Assembly: GCF_009914755.1 (NCBI RefSeq)
Contig: NC_060944.1
Reading direction: 5' to 3' (one strand)
DNA length: 64,000 nucleotides
Source of the DNA: the human T2T-CHM13v2.0 reference genome, Homo sapiens
The notes beneath the pieces are model-generated. The model had not been told where the DNA came from, ran no database searches, and was given only the letters and a program-made list of their open reading frames with translations. How positions within the stretch are numbered: position 1 is the first letter of the stretch; each line of letters opens with the position of its first letter. This document shows positions 21,348-46,995 of the stretch, piece after piece. The position numbers were made by a program, and so were the translations under genes.

Positions 21348-22140
21348 TAGCACTACAGAGACAGCATCTGTATTCTTTTAAGTTCTTATCCATCATGTGG
21401 CTAGATTATAGTTAATTTAGCAAACCTAAAAGTTATTGTGAACTACCATATTTCACATTTACAAAAAGGTGCTTAGAATTATATAATGAGCATCCAAGTA
21501 CCTGTCATTTCATTTAAGAAATAAAAACCAGCTGGGTGTGGTGGCTCACGCCTGTAATCCCAGCACTTTGGGAGGCCGAAGTGGGCAGATCACCTGAGGT
21601 CGGGAGTTTGAGACCAGCCTGACCAACATGGAGAAACCCTGTCTCTACTAAAAATACAAAATTAGCTGGATGTGGTGGTGCATGCCTGTAATCCCAGCTA
21701 CTTGGGAGGCTGAGGCAGGAGAATCACTTGAACCCGGGAGGCAGAGGTTGTGGTGAGCTTAGATCGCGCCATTGCACTCAGCCTGGGCAACAAGAGTGAA
21801 ACTATGTCTCCAAAAACAGAAACAAAAAAGAAATAAAACCCAGCATTACCTCATTATTTTAGGCTTTTATTTTCATGAACTGTTTCCTTCTGTTTTCATT
21901 TAGTATATCCATACCTCTTTAGGGGTGCTTAAGTCATTTGTTTGCAGTCTTAGAAAATGACATTAGTCTTTAAGTTATGAATTTTCCTATGATACAGCTT
22001 TAGTTGTATCCCATATGTTCTGATGTGGTGTTTTCACTGTTGACATTTTCTAGAAATCTGTAGTTTCACTTTTTTTCCTTCTTAATTCCCTATTTTTACA
22101 TGACTTCGTGAGAACAATATTTTTGAGTTCTTGTATGTTA

Positions 22141-22558
<418 letters not shown>

Positions 22559-22585
22559 TTATTCTTTTTTTTTTTTTTTTTTTGA

Positions 22586-22744
<159 letters not shown>

Positions 22745-22889
22745 TAGTAGAGATGGGGTTTCTCCACGTTGGTCAGGCTGGTCTCAGACTCCCGACCTCA
22801 GGTGATCCGCCCGCCTCGGCCTCCCAAAGTGCTGGGATTACAGGCGTGAGCCAACACGCCCGGCCCATACTGTGTTTTTTCAAAAGTAG

Positions 22890-23203
<314 letters not shown>

Positions 23204-24170
23204 TAAATAGGTATTGTATTTCATTGTTTCTGTCTCATCTAGGAATTCCAATTATGCACTAGTTGGCTCTTCTTTGCCTATCAATTGTAGCTATATTGTC
23301 CCCACCCCTTTAATCCTTTTAATTTGGCGCATCTCAGAAAGCGCTAGAAAAGAAAAACTGCTTCCTGAAGATGTATCTCTTACTTGCAGTAAAGTAGGGA
23401 CTACAATGTAGCTCCGTAGGGAAGACCCACTTTAGTTTAACTAAGGAGAGAGGCTGCAAGCTGTGAAATTCAGGAGGTTCACTTGTGTGACTCACGTCTA
23501 TGCCTTCTGGTCAGTTCCAGGTCCTCCACCATTATGGAATTGCTCCATCCCTTAGTGTGCAAATGGAAGTTCCTGAGTCCTCATCCTACCTGCAATGGGA
23601 TGCCTAGTACTCCAGCATTTCTGGGCTTCTCAAGGGGACGTATGTCTCCTAGGCATTATGTACATTAGCTTTCTGCTTCTATGGCATTGTCAGTCTCACT
23701 TGGGGTCAGGACATACGGCTCTTCTCCCTGCCCTGCTGTCTGTCTAAACGAAGATCTTTTCCTCGATGTCCCTAAAGAAACAGACATTTGGGTATAGCCA
23801 ACTGTTAGAAGAATTTAGGGGGATAGAGGAGAGTCATCTTACAGAATGACAGAGCAAAAAAACTTACAATTGATTGTTACATGCTACCTTTCCCCTGAGT
23901 CTCTTGCCCATTCCACCCAGTGGGGTTTCCCCACTCCTAGTCTCCTCCTGGGGCCTCAGCTTCTCATCAGCTTTCACGCTACTCCTTATTTTTAAACTGT
24001 TTTCAGGCTGGGTACAGTGGCACATGCCTATAATCCCAGCACTTTGAGAGGCCGAGGCAAAAGGATCGCTTGAAGCCAGGAGTTTGAGAGCAGCCTGGGC
24101 AACAAAGCGAGATCCTATCTTAATAAAATTGTATTTTTAAAAGCTTTTTTTTTTTCTTTTTTTGAGATGA

Positions 24171-24281
<111 letters not shown>

Positions 24282-24320
24282 TAGCTGGGACCACCGGCAT
24301 GTGCCACCAAGCCTGGCTAA

Positions 24321-24635
<315 letters not shown>

Positions 24636-24923
24636 TAGCTAATTTTCTTTTTGTACTTTTGGTAGAGACAGGGTTTTGCCATGTTGCCCAGGCTGGTCTC
24701 AAACTTCTAAGCTCAAGTAATCTGCCTGCCTCGGCCTCCCAAAGTGCTGGGATTACAGGGGTGAGTCTCTGCACCCAGCCAAAAAGAGCTTTTTTCTTTT
24801 CTTTTCTTTTTTTGGAGAGATGGGATCTCTCTCTTTTGCCCAGGCTGGAACTCTTCAGCTCAAGCAATCCTCCGGCCTCATCCTCCTGTGTAGCTGGGGC
24901 TACATTCCTTTTCATTTTTTTTA

Positions 24924-25229
<306 letters not shown>

Positions 25230-25385
25230 CTAAAAAAAAAGAAAATTGTTGTTTTTTTCTTTTTTATTGTAAAATATACCTAACATTAAAAAGACCATTT
25301 AACCATTTTTAAGTGTAGAATCTGGTGGCATTAAGCACATTCACAATGTTATGTCCATTATTTTTATTTTATTTTTTATTTTTGA

Positions 25386-25703
<318 letters not shown>

Positions 25704-27324
25704 TGAAACAGAAACTCCGCAGCCATCAGGCACTCACTGCCCACACTTCCTTCTTTGCTCTCTGACCACTCGCGCCCCATTTCATTCCTGTTCATTTCTC
25801 ATTTCCTTCTTATACTGACCAGTTCAGGTCTTCCCTCTCCCATCAGCTTGGTTCCAGGCCTACCTTTTGATATCATAGCTGTGCCCACTAAAAAAAGAGA
25901 AAGAAAAATGCAGACCTGAAGCTCCACCGTTAGCATCTCAAAGCATGTTTTCAACTCCGCTTTGAAATTACAGACTCAAGGAACACGATGAAACTCGTGG
26001 GCAAGACCTCCTTCCCCACTGATGTCTGTCTGTTCTGAAGGGGGCCACAGAAAGACATATCCTTCTGGAGATGAATTATGCATTTTCCTTAAGAGGCACA
26101 TAGAGCTTTACCAACTTTTTCAACAACGTTCCCCCGCTACATAGTCTTTCTTTTGTGTTATTTAGTTTACCATTTCTTTTTTCCATCTTGTTATAACCTC
26201 CACGAGTTGTGTCTCTTTTGTTTTCTACATTATACCCAACGGCTAGCACATAACAGGCACCCAATATATACTGAACGAACTAAGGAATGAATGAAGGAAT
26301 GAATGAATAGGTGGCTTATAGGAAACCCCTGGGGCCAGGGACTCTGCAACATCACCATGTAACTTTTTCTTTGTGCTGAGAAGCAGAGAGAAACAATAGA
26401 AGATATCTCTTAATCTCTCAAGGATGCTACTCCCAGGACTGCTTGCAATTTCCGAGGAGATAAGCCACAAGTTACAGAAAGGAAGCAGCTGTGTAGGGCC
26501 TGCAAGTTTCCTGCTGCAAGTCACCCTATGTTCAGAAGTTACCCTGGCTGGGCCAGGCATGGTGGCTCACGCCTGTAATCCCAGCACTCTGGGGAGGCTG
26601 AGGCAGGTGGATTGCTTGAGTCCAGGAGTTTGAGACCAGCCTGGGCAACATGGAGAAACCCCATCTATACAAAAAATTAGCTGGGTGTGGTGGCATGAGC
26701 CTGTAGTCCCAGCTACTTGGGAGGCTGAGGTGGAAGAATCACCTGAGCCCAGGGGGTCAAGGCTGTAGTAAGCCAAGATCACGCCACTGCACTCCAGCCT
26801 GGGCAACCAGAGTGAGACCCTGTCTCGAAAAAAAAAAAAAAAAAAAGAAGGAAGGAAGGAGAAAGAGAAAGAGAGAAAAGAAAAAAAAGAAAAAGTTACT
26901 CTGACTTTCTACACTGCTTTTAATGAATAGAAATTTATCTTTCCCCTCAGTGTTCTGGAAGAGTTTACAAATATGATTGAGGGGCTGGGCACCGTGGCTC
27001 ACGCCTGTAATCCCAACACTTTCGGAGGCTAAGGCAGGCAGATCACCTGAGGTCAGGAGTTCGAGACCAGCCTGGCCAACATGGTGAAACCCCGTTTCTA
27101 CTAAAAATAAAAAATTAGCTGGGTGTAGTGGCGCACACCTGTAATCCCAGCTAATTGGGAGGCTGAAACACAAGAATTACTTGAACCCAGGAGGCGGAGG
27201 TTGCAGTGAGCCACAGTCGTCCCACTGCACTCCAGTCGCTGCACTCTCGCCAAAAACAAAAACAAATAAATATGATTGAGTATTACCATAGGCTCTGGTT
27301 CCTGCCCTGAGGGAAGGTGAGTTA

Positions 27325-27573
<249 letters not shown>

Positions 27574-27750
27574 TTAGATGAGATCGTGCCATTGCACTTC
27601 AGCCTGGGCTAAAAGAGTCTCAAAAAAAAAAAAGCAGTCAAAGCAGTAAGAGGTCTAATGTGCTTCAAAACTGTAGTTTCAGCACTTTGGGAATCCAAAG
27701 TGGGAGGACTGCTGGAGCCCAGGAGTTTGGGACCAGCCTGTGTAACATAG

Positions 27751-28117
<367 letters not shown>

Positions 28118-28549
28118 CTAGCTACTTGTGAGGCTGAGGCGGGAGGATCAGTAGCTCAGAAGGAACTCCAGAACTGAGTTCTGAACAAGTGAAGCTTCAG
28201 ATGCAGTGATGCGATCATGGCTCACTGCAACCTCCACCTCGACCTCCTGGGCTCAATTGATCCTCCCGCCTCAGCCTCCCAGGTAGCCGAGACTAGAGGA
28301 GCGTGCCACCATGCCTGGCTAATTTTTTGTACTTTTCATAGAGATAGGGTTTTGCCATGTTGCCCAGGGTGGTCTCTGATTCCTGGGCTCAAGCAATTCT
28401 CCTGCTTCAATCTGCCAAAATGCTGGGATTACAGGTGTGAGCATCATGCCAGGCCTTGGGAACTTTTGGGGAAATGGAAATATTCTAGATGTTGATCTGG
28501 ATGCTGGTGTCACACCCATTTACTTGGATAAAAATGAATCAAGTCCTCA

Positions 28550-28917
<368 letters not shown>

Positions 28918-29031
28918 TCACAAGGTCAGGAGATCGAGACCATCCTGGCCAACATGGTGAAACCCCGTCTCTACTAAAAATACAAAAATTAGCTGGGTGT
29001 GGTGGAGCATGCCTGTAATCCCAGCTACTCA

Positions 29032-29172
<141 letters not shown>

Positions 29173-29482
29173 TTAAGTTTGATATATTTCACTGAATGTA
29201 AACTGTGCTTCAAGAAACAAAACCCTTCCATGCACAAAACACCTAGGGTGACATCTGTTTCCTGCACTGAATATCTGATTTTGGGAGAGGAGCCCTAGGA
29301 CAAGAGACAGCAAGAGGGGCTGAGAGCAAGCAGGGCACCAGAAGCTGGGAGCGTGGAGGGACGTGACCAGGGAGAAGTCCCCTGTGTTGGGGGAGGCCTG
29401 TGAATTTTAGGAACTCTGATATCTAACTCTCAAGGCATGTCCTTGCCAAGCAGCAATACAATTAAGTGTGCCTAATCTTATG

Positions 29483-29638
29483 GCTCCCACACTTTCAATT
29501 GTTCTTCCTGAAACAATTAGATATGAAGCCGCAAGAGCCCAGGCAGGGCTGGATTGATTCTTGAACTAATCAACATTTATGCCCTCTTGGCTAAACTAGG
29601 CAGAGTTGGTTTTATTACAGTTCAGATGTGATTAAGCA
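29483..29638 (+). repeat. Non-Alu direct repeat, copy 1
   Basis: Matches 32546-32709; the 88-nt core is 86/88 identical. Confidence 0.9.
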
Positions 29639-30610
29639 CACTGTATTGTGTCAGCGGCAGGTGACGAGCCACACAGTGTCCTGAGGCCTGATGAAAGGGC
29701 TATGCCAACCACAGTCCCAGAGGAGGAGCTGGCTGTAGCAGCGACTGACCCAGGAGCTGAAGTGAGCCAAGCCCCCTCCTCCTGAGACCCCTGAGAGGTA
29801 AGGCAGGCTCATGCCAGACCCTATTACGTCCCACATCATGGCTAGAACCAGAACCATCTTACATGGCTGGTCAAGGCAAGGATAACCCCAGGAAGTCAGA
29901 GGACTTGGAGACTCTGTATTGTAGGAAAAAAAAAAAATACTAGAAAAGACACTGGAGCGTCACCAGCAGTCACCCCTGGATGGTGGCATTATTATTATTA
30001 GTAGTATTTTTTTTGAGATGGAGTCACTCTGTCGCCCAGGCTGGAGTGCAGTGGCATGATCTTGGCTCACTGTAACCTCCGTTTCCTGGGTTCAGGCAAT
30101 TCTCCTGCCTTAGTCTCCTGAGTAGCTGGGATTACAGATGTGTGCCACCATGACTGGCTAATTTTTGTAGATGGTGGCATTATGAATATGGATTTTGGTT
30201 TTCATCATCAAATATTTCTGTTTTCCCCACATTAGCTGTAAACAGTATATATTTTTGGTAAATTAAGTTGAAAGAATGAAAAAATTAAAATAGTATAAAG
30301 AATATCTGTTTAAGTGCAGTGGAGTGTGCCTGTGGTCCTAGCTACTTCGGAGGCTTAGATGGAAGGATTGCTTGAGCCCAGGAGTTCAAGACCAACCAGA
30401 GCAATGTAGCAAGACTGTGTCTGTTTTATTTTAAAAATAAATAAATAAAACATAAAGAATAACTGTTTAAAATACTATTCAAAATGAAGTCATAAAGGAG
30501 GGGATTATGTTTTTTAGTCATAGTTCCCTCAAGGGCTCAGACCGGAGAACATAACCGAGTTTGGAGCCCTCTGGCACTGTCTTTGCGCCTGACCTCTGCT
30601 CTCCAGGGGG

Positions 30611-30638
30611 TGACGTGAGCTGGTGGGTGCTGAGTCAT
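30611..30638. promoter_or_regulatory. Candidate enhancer motifs TGACGTGA (UPRE/CRE-like) and TGCTGAGTCAT (NF-E2/NRF2-sMAF ARE with AP-1 core)
   Basis: Exact motif matches 10 nt apart in unique sequence ~3.1 kb upstream of the MAVS TSS. Confidence 0.5.
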
Positions 30639-30985
30639 CATGGGTGGGTCACAGCCTCCCTCGGAGGCCTGGAGATGGGCCTGTCTGTGCTGAACTTTAC
30701 TGGGCAGGGGGCAGCTCCAAGGCCCTCACTGGGGGCAGCCTAGAGCATAGATCACTCTCTGGACTTGCTCTTCTCCTAATAAATGGACAGTGATCAATGA
30801 ATTACACCCATGAAATAGGGTGGGATGCAATAAGAAATAAAAGATAATATAAATAGCCAGATAGGGTCAAAAGATGATTTATTTTACTTTATATTTTTGA
30901 AATAATTTCAGATTTACAACATAGTTGCAAAAATAATGCAAATGTTTACATCTTACATAACCCAGTACAATGATCCTAACACTGA

Positions 30986-31304
<319 letters not shown>

Positions 31305-31485
31305 TAACTGATCCAAAAGCCTTATTTGGATTTCACCTGAAGTCCTTTTTCTGTTTCAGGATCCAACCCAGGTTCCCATATTGCATTCAGTTGTCATGTC
31401 ACTTTGGTGTCCTTTTCTCTGGAGCAGTCTCTCAGTCTCCTTGTTTTTCCTGACCTTGAAATTTTTGAAGAGTTATTCTGCAGAG

Positions 31486-32317
<832 letters not shown>

Positions 32318-32545
32318 CTGTCAAATGTCTCTCGTTTTGGGTTTGCTTACTGTTTCCCTATGATTAGTTTCAGATCATGAGCTTTTGATAGGAATACCAT
32401 AAGCATGTTGTTGTGTTCTTCTTTGTCTAAATCTTTATAAAAGCTGTTGATAGGTGGCAGGGAACCACCTAGTCAGGCAGTGGGATTGTTTGAATGCTCT
32501 TTGAGGTCCAGCAAAGACAGGAGTGATAGCTGCACTTGGAAGCCC

Positions 32546-32709
32546 GCTCCTACACTTTCAATGTTCTTCCTGAAAGAATTAGATATGAAGCTGCTAGAGC
32601 TGCTCCGGTGGGGAGCAGGCAGGATTGATTCTTGAACTAATCAACATTTATGCCCTCTTGGCTAAACTAGGCAGAGCTGGTTTTATTACAGTTCAGGTGT
32701 GATTAAGCA
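32546..32709 (+). repeat. Non-Alu direct repeat, copy 2
   Basis: Matches 29483-29638. Confidence 0.9.
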
Positions 32710-32947
32710 TACTTTGTAAATGCTGAAGGTTGTGAAATATTCACAGGGATATAAAGTACAGTAATAAAACCTCACTTGAGGCTGGGCGTAGTGGCTCACG
32801 CCTGTAATCCCAGCACTTTGGGAGGCCGAGGTGGGAGGATCACCTGAGGTCAGGAGTTTGAGACCAGCCTGGCCAACATGGTGAAACTCCGTCTCTACTA
32901 AAAATACAAAAATTAGCCGGGCGCAGTGGCATGTGCCTGTAATCTCA

Positions 32948-33118
<171 letters not shown>

Positions 33119-33519
33119 TCAGTAAGTGCTGGCCTCTGCCCCAGAAGGGGAAGGGCGAGGCAGATGGCAGGAACTGCGGGAGGTACCTGTCCCAGGCCCT
33201 TGGGCGTAAGAGGCCTCTCCCACGCAGCACCCAACCCATACCCAGCCTGCCCGCCAGCCAACCTTGGCGTCCCTGCCTTGCGCCTACCTACCCAGCAGTC
33301 CCCCGCCCGCTCCCACTCCCACAGGCCCAGCGTGCACGTCTCCAGGATAGGCATCCTTGCCCCTGTGACTTCAGCGGCACCCAACGTTTATTGGGCACTA
33401 ACTGTATGCCAGGCCATGGGGGTGCCGGAGAGAACGACACGAAGACCCTCACCCCTCAAAGTTCCCAGGGGGAGGAGGGGCTGCTTCACTTGGGAAGCGT
33501 GGGGATGGAATTCTCAGCC

Positions 33520-34385
33520 CCCCGATGACTCCGAGGCCGGCCACCTGCCTGGTTTCTGGCCGGACACCGGACTTCCCCTGGAAGTTGCTCGAGACTGCGC
33601 GCCCCCAGCAAAAAATCAGGTCGGTTCTCCGAGCCCAGTCTAGCGCTTCCCGACCCGCAAACCAAGGCCCAGTGACCGTCCCCGCTGCGCAGCCGCCTGC
33701 GTCGCCAGCCAACCACGCGCGGCCGAGTAGCCCCGCCCCTCCACATGGCCAATGGCCGCGCGCTCTGCCCGCCCCGCCTCCTCGCTGCGGGAAGGGTCCT
33801 GGGCCCCGGGCGGCGGTCGCCAGGTCTCAGGGCCGGGGGTACCCGAGGTAAGATCGCTTCCCGGGCGTTGGGTCCTTTCGGCTCAGCACGCACGGACGCC
33901 TTTAGGGAAGGTGGCTGCAGCGGCAGGACGGAGTCCGCCGGGACGCCCTGGGTCTGGGGTGCGCGGGGGGCCCAGGAGGGGACAGGACGCGCGGGGATCC
34001 GGAAGAGCGGGCCCTGTCGCAAGAGTTTCGGGAACACTGAGGGCTCCAGGCGCCGCATCCAGCATCCGGGGAAAAGGGGGTAGGTGGCGCTGGGCGTCTG
34101 CTCAGGCTGGGGGAAAGGTAGGGCCAGAAGGGGACGGGCAGCGGCCGCTGACCTCCTCCTGCCGCCCGCGGGCCCAGGGTGACGCTAAGGTGGGGCCGAG
34201 CCTCGACCGGGTGCGCCTAGAGGTCGAGTGCTGCCGCCCTCCGCTGGGTCTGGACAGTTCTCGGCGGCGACACCAGCTCAAAACGGCCTCCCCGCCCTCC
34301 GCGGACCTGGGTCGCGCCCAGGAATCCGATCCAAGGCTGTGAGGCCTGTCCCTTTGGGAAGGGTGGGTGTTTATTTCCGGGATGC
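33520..34385. promoter_or_regulatory. MAVS: MAVS CpG-island promoter
   Basis: CpG-dense block containing a GC box CCCCGCCCC 33731-33739, E-box CACATG 33742-33747 and CCAAT 33749-33753; TATA-less. Confidence 0.88.
33770..33847 (+). other. MAVS: MAVS non-coding exon 1 (TSS approximate)
   Basis: Strong donor GAG|GTAAGA at 33847/33848 just downstream of the GC/CCAAT boxes. Confidence 0.8.
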
Positions 34386-35559
34386 ACTCAGAGCCTCTGG
34401 ACAGTCAGGTCGGAAACTTTGCTGTATTGGGAACACTCTGTCACCTACTTCCTTCTCAGTTGGGAAGGAAGTGCCAAGAAAACATGAAACAAACCAAAAA
34501 CACGAAAAAGGGATTCTCTGTATGGAAGCCGTGAAGCCTCAAAAATATCTAGGAGGACAGCCAGCGACCTGGGACCTGTGGCAGCCATGTGAAAGCAGGG
34601 TTAATGTCTGGACTAAATGTTGCTTCCACCTAAGTGCACCCTCAGCCTCCCTCCCGCCAAGTGACCTTGGGTCCTCTTTGGGCTTGAAGGCAGGTGGCTG
34701 TGTGGGTCTCGCTGCAGGGGTCTCTGTGCCCTGCAAGGTGTATGACCAGTTGCAGTGAGGCAGCAGGTTTTGGGTTCAAATCCTGTGCTAGCCTCTGGCC
34801 AGCTGTGCACCTTGGCAACACTTTCCCTGTCACGGGATTGGGGAAGGATTAACTGAAAGAACCTTAGGATGTGCCTGTCTACAATGGGCCCTCCATAAAT
34901 GTGAACAAATGTGGGCTTCCTTTCCTTTTGTTTGGGCCACATCATCCCTTCCCCTCCATCTGTGGCTGAAGCTGGAATGCAGAAGAGTGCCTCATCTGAC
35001 TGCCTTCTGGTACCTGGCTGATGCCATGAGAAAGGAAGGAGAAAGGGGTCTTTTTTTTTTTGAAATGGAGTCTCACTCTCTTGCCCAGGCTGGAGCGCAG
35101 TGGTCCAATCTTGGCTCACTGCAACCTCTGCCTCCTGGGTCTAGAGATTCTCATGCCTCAGCCTCCTGAGTAGCTGGGACTACAGGTGTGTGCCACCATG
35201 CCTGGCTAATTTTTGCATTTTTAGTAGAGACGGGGTTTCACCATGTTGGCCAGGCTGGTCTCAAACTCCTGACCTCAAGTGATCTGCCTGCCTCGGCCTC
35301 CCAAAGTGCTGGGATTCCAGGCGTGAGCCACCACGCCCGGCCGAGAAAGGGATCTATTAACTCCCATAGAGTTGTTCTTTGCTAATTTCTTGAAGGCTCA
35401 GAGGACCCCCGCCTCACCTTCCTGATTCTCCTGACCTGTCATTAGTACTTGCCCCACGAGGAATGTAGCAGGGCCTGCTGGCTGGCAAAGCAACTCATGC
35501 ATGTGAGGCTCTGAGGCCAGTGACAGGACTGCTTCCCCTGTGAGGAAGGTCTGGTGGCC

Positions 35560-36830
<1,271 letters not shown>

Positions 36831-36940
36831 CGGCAGAAAAGTAACGAGCAAATACATCTATAACTGCAAATTGTGGTAACTCCTACATAAACAACTGGCA
36901 GCAATTGCTTATATTTGAGGCACTTAAAAATTTTTAAGCT

Positions 36941-41384
<4,444 letters not shown>

Positions 41385-41531
41385 AGAAATTAAAGATGAA
41401 AGAAAACAAACATTCCAAAAAGTTGAGAAAGAATTGCCTTTTGTCCAGCCCCACTCCCAACCCCCCAACCCTGTTGTAATGTGTGATCTGTTTTCTTCCA
41501 GTCTCGTTTCCTCTCAGTCCATCCACCCTTC

Positions 41532-41757
<226 letters not shown>

Positions 41758-41760
41758 TAG

Positions 41761-41958
<198 letters not shown>

Positions 41959-42956
41959 TGAGTAGCTGGGATTACAGGTGCGTGCCACCACGCCCAGCTA
42001 ATTTTTTTGTTTTTAATAGAGACGGGGTTTCACCATGTTGGCCAGGATGGTCTTGATCTCTTGACCTTGTGATCCGCCTGCCTCGGCCTCCCAAAGTGCT
42101 GGGATTACAGGCGTGAGCCACCGCACCCTTGCTGCTTTTCTAACTTTTGGATGGAGTGTGGCTCAGGGTGGCGTTGCTGACTTCGCCGAGCTCCCCCTTG
42201 TGTTGCTTTTGTGCACTGCTCAAAAATATGGCGCTGGCTCTCTGAGATTTCCTGGCTCTGGTCCACTTGCCCACTTTTTTTGGAACCTCCTATTTCCTTC
42301 ATCTCTCTTGCCCTTCCTTGTCCTGCTCAGTTTTGATTCCATTCTCCTTGTCATGGGGCCCTGTCCTGGCACGGAGCTGGGACTCAGGTTTGAGAGCTGG
42401 CAGGATCAGGGTCGCTCTAGCCCCAACAGAACTTGCTGCAGGCCCCTGGCACTCACTAGCTGGTGAAACGGGCACAACCCCTCCCCGTTGTAGCTGCTGT
42501 TCTCAGATTGGACCCCTGTGCTCCAGAGGGTACCTGTTGGCTCTTTTGGGGCCTCCTGTCCTCAGATTTCTCAGGAGCCCCATTGTTGTCTCCGCTGTCC
42601 TCCCACACAGATCGCATTAGTATGCAGGTCTGTTTGGAGTTTGCTCCTCCCTCTTGTATTTTGGGGTTTATAGGGATATCTTGTTTTATAGTAAATATTT
42701 TCTGTGGGTTTTCTTTATTTTCTTTAAAAAATTTTTTTTTGAGACGGAGTCTCGCTGTGTTGCCCAGGCTGCAGTGCAATGGCATGATCTCAGCTCACTG
42801 CAACCTCTGCCTCCTGGGTTCAAGTGATTCTCGCGCCTCAGCCTCCTGAGTAGCTGGGGTTACAGGCGCATGCCACCACACCTGGCTGATTTTGTATTTG
42901 TAGTAGAGATGGAGTTTCACCATGTTGGCCAGGCTGGTCTTTATTTTTATTTTTGA

Positions 42957-43178
<222 letters not shown>

Positions 43179-43694
43179 TAATAGAGACGGGGTTTCACTG
43201 TGTTAGCCAGGATTGTCTCGATCTCCTGACCTCATGATCCACCCGCCTCGGCCTCCCAAAGTGCTGGGATTACAGGCGTGAGCCACTGCGCCCAGCATTT
43301 TTTTTTTTTTTTTTTTTGAGATGGAGTCTCGCTGTGTCTTCCAGGCTGGAGTTGCAGTGGTGCCATCTTGGGTCAACCTCTGCCTCCTGGGTTCAAGCAA
43401 TTCTCCTGCTTCAGCCTCCTGAGTAGCTGGGATTACAGGTATATGCTACCACACCCGGCTAATTTTTGTGTTTTTAGTAGAGACGGACTTTCACCATGTT
43501 GGTCAGGCTGGTCTTGAACTCCTGACCTTGTGATCCTCGGCCTTCCAAAGTGCTGGGATTACGGGTGTGAGCTACCGCACCTGGCTATTTTCCTTTTTCT
43601 AAAAATCTAGCTCCTGCAGGATTCTGTGGGTTTTTGTTTCTGCTGTCTGGTTGCTTGTTTTTATGTGAGAATTCAGGTAGACATAAAAACTCTA

Positions 43695-44051
<357 letters not shown>

Positions 44052-44551
44052 TCAGCTTCCTTGTTTGTTATTGTCGGCCCCCTCTCTTTCCGTCTTTTGC
44101 CCCTTTCATCATACTTTTGCTATCTACCTTTTCCTTCTCTCCTAATCCAAACCTTTCTTTTTGCCCTGGGGGCCATATTAATCCAAGGCTTTTGTATCAG
44201 ATTAACTGGGTTTGGATTCCTGCCCCACTGTTTTAGGATCTTTGCTACAGTACTTTGCTTCTGCTAAGCCTCAGTTTCCTCATTAGTAAAGTGGAGATAA
44301 TAATGGCATTAAATAAAGATGATACATGCAAAGCCCTTAATGGAGAGCCCAGGACATAGTTAATTGCCAGTTTCCGGCAGCTGCCTTTATTGATGTGGCT
44401 GCTAATTGCTCTTCCTCACTCCATACCTGGCCCTGTCCTGGGCTCCGATCCAGTTTCACGTGGCTGCCTTGCCCTTGTGGCTTTCTTGGCACCCCTCCCC
44501 CCGCTGTGGCTTCATTCTGGGTGGGGAAGTGGCAGGGGCCACCTGGCTTGA

Positions 44552-44875
<324 letters not shown>

Positions 44876-44877
44876 TG

Positions 44878-44883
44878 AATAAA
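44878..44883 (+). terminator. MAVS: Candidate intronic polyadenylation signal in MAVS intron 3
   Basis: AATAAA overlapping the TGA of the exon-3 read-through frame, with GU-rich tgtgtcccttt downstream. Confidence 0.55.
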
Positions 44884-45498
44884 CCTGGGTGTAGATCCAG
44901 GCTGAGCCACTTACCAGCTGTGTCCCTTTGGCCAAGTCCCTTAATTTCCCTGAGCCTCAGGCCTCTCTTCTGTAAAATGAAGCTCATGGCAGCATCTGCC
45001 GCGGGGAGCTGCAGTGGGTGATACTGCGGGACGATGCGTGTTGAGTATTGAGCTGGGCTGGGCACTTCCTGTATGCCCAGCACATGGAGTCTCCCCTAAC
45101 TTTCACGGCTGTAGCATTCGCCTCCCACCCTTCCTCATTTCTTCTCCCCCACCTACTCATTCACCCTCCCTCTCTCCTCCTTCTCTTCCCCTCCCCTGGT
45201 TTACCCTGAGAGCCTTCGACGCCCTCTATCAGCTGCCCAGTTATTCTTTAAGTCCCTCTCAGTGTCCCTGCCACTCTGAGTGCTCGGAGGCGATTTGATG
45301 AGATTGAGTTTGATCCTGAGTGAGATCAAGACATGGGAGGAGGCTGGGCGCGGTGTTTCACACCTGTAATCCCAGCACTTTGGGAGGCCGAGGCAGGCGG
45401 ATCATGAGGTCAGGAGATGGAGACCACCCTGGCTAAAACAGTGAAACCCCGTCTCTACTAAAAATACAAAAAATTAGCCGGGCATGTTGTCCCAGCTA

Positions 45499-45652
<154 letters not shown>

Positions 45653-46228
45653 CTATTTATATTTCAAACTAGAGGTAACCCCCGAGACCCTGGTCACATT
45701 TATAGCTGTGGGACATCCATGTTTTTCTTTTCTTTCTCTCTCTTTTTTTTTTTTCCTTTTAGAGACAGAGTCTTGCTGCGCCACCCAGGCTGCAGTGCAG
45801 TGGTGCAATCATAGCTCACTGCAGCCTTGACCTCCTGGACTCAAGTGATCCTTCTACCTCAGCCTCCAGAGTAGCTGGGACTACAGGCATGGACAACTAC
45901 ACCTGGCTAATTTTTAAATTTTTTGTAGAGATGACATCTCACTATGTTGCCCAGGCTGGTCTCAAACTCCTGGGCTGAAGCGATCGGCCTCCCAGAGTGC
46001 TGGGATCATAGGTGTGAGCCACCGCGTCTGGCTCTCATGCTTGCTTTTCTTTCCTTTTTCCCTTCCTTGCTTTTCCTCCCTCCCTCCCTTCCTCTCTTCC
46101 TTCCTTTTTTTCCTTCCTTCTTTTTAAATATGTCTCTTCATGTGTGGAGATTAATAGTGATCCCTGGCTGGGCACGGTGGCTCACGCCTGTAATCCCAGC
46201 ACTTTGGGAGGCCGAGGCGGGCGGATCA

Positions 46229-46549
<321 letters not shown>

Positions 46550-46659
46550 TCAGGGCAGGGGTCAGTGAGCAATGATAGTCATGTGGAGGAGAAAGCCACT
46601 GGGTCCTAGGATGCCTGGGGACAGAGAAGAGTGACTGCTGACACGGCGTGGGTGACTAG

Positions 46660-46995
<336 letters not shown>

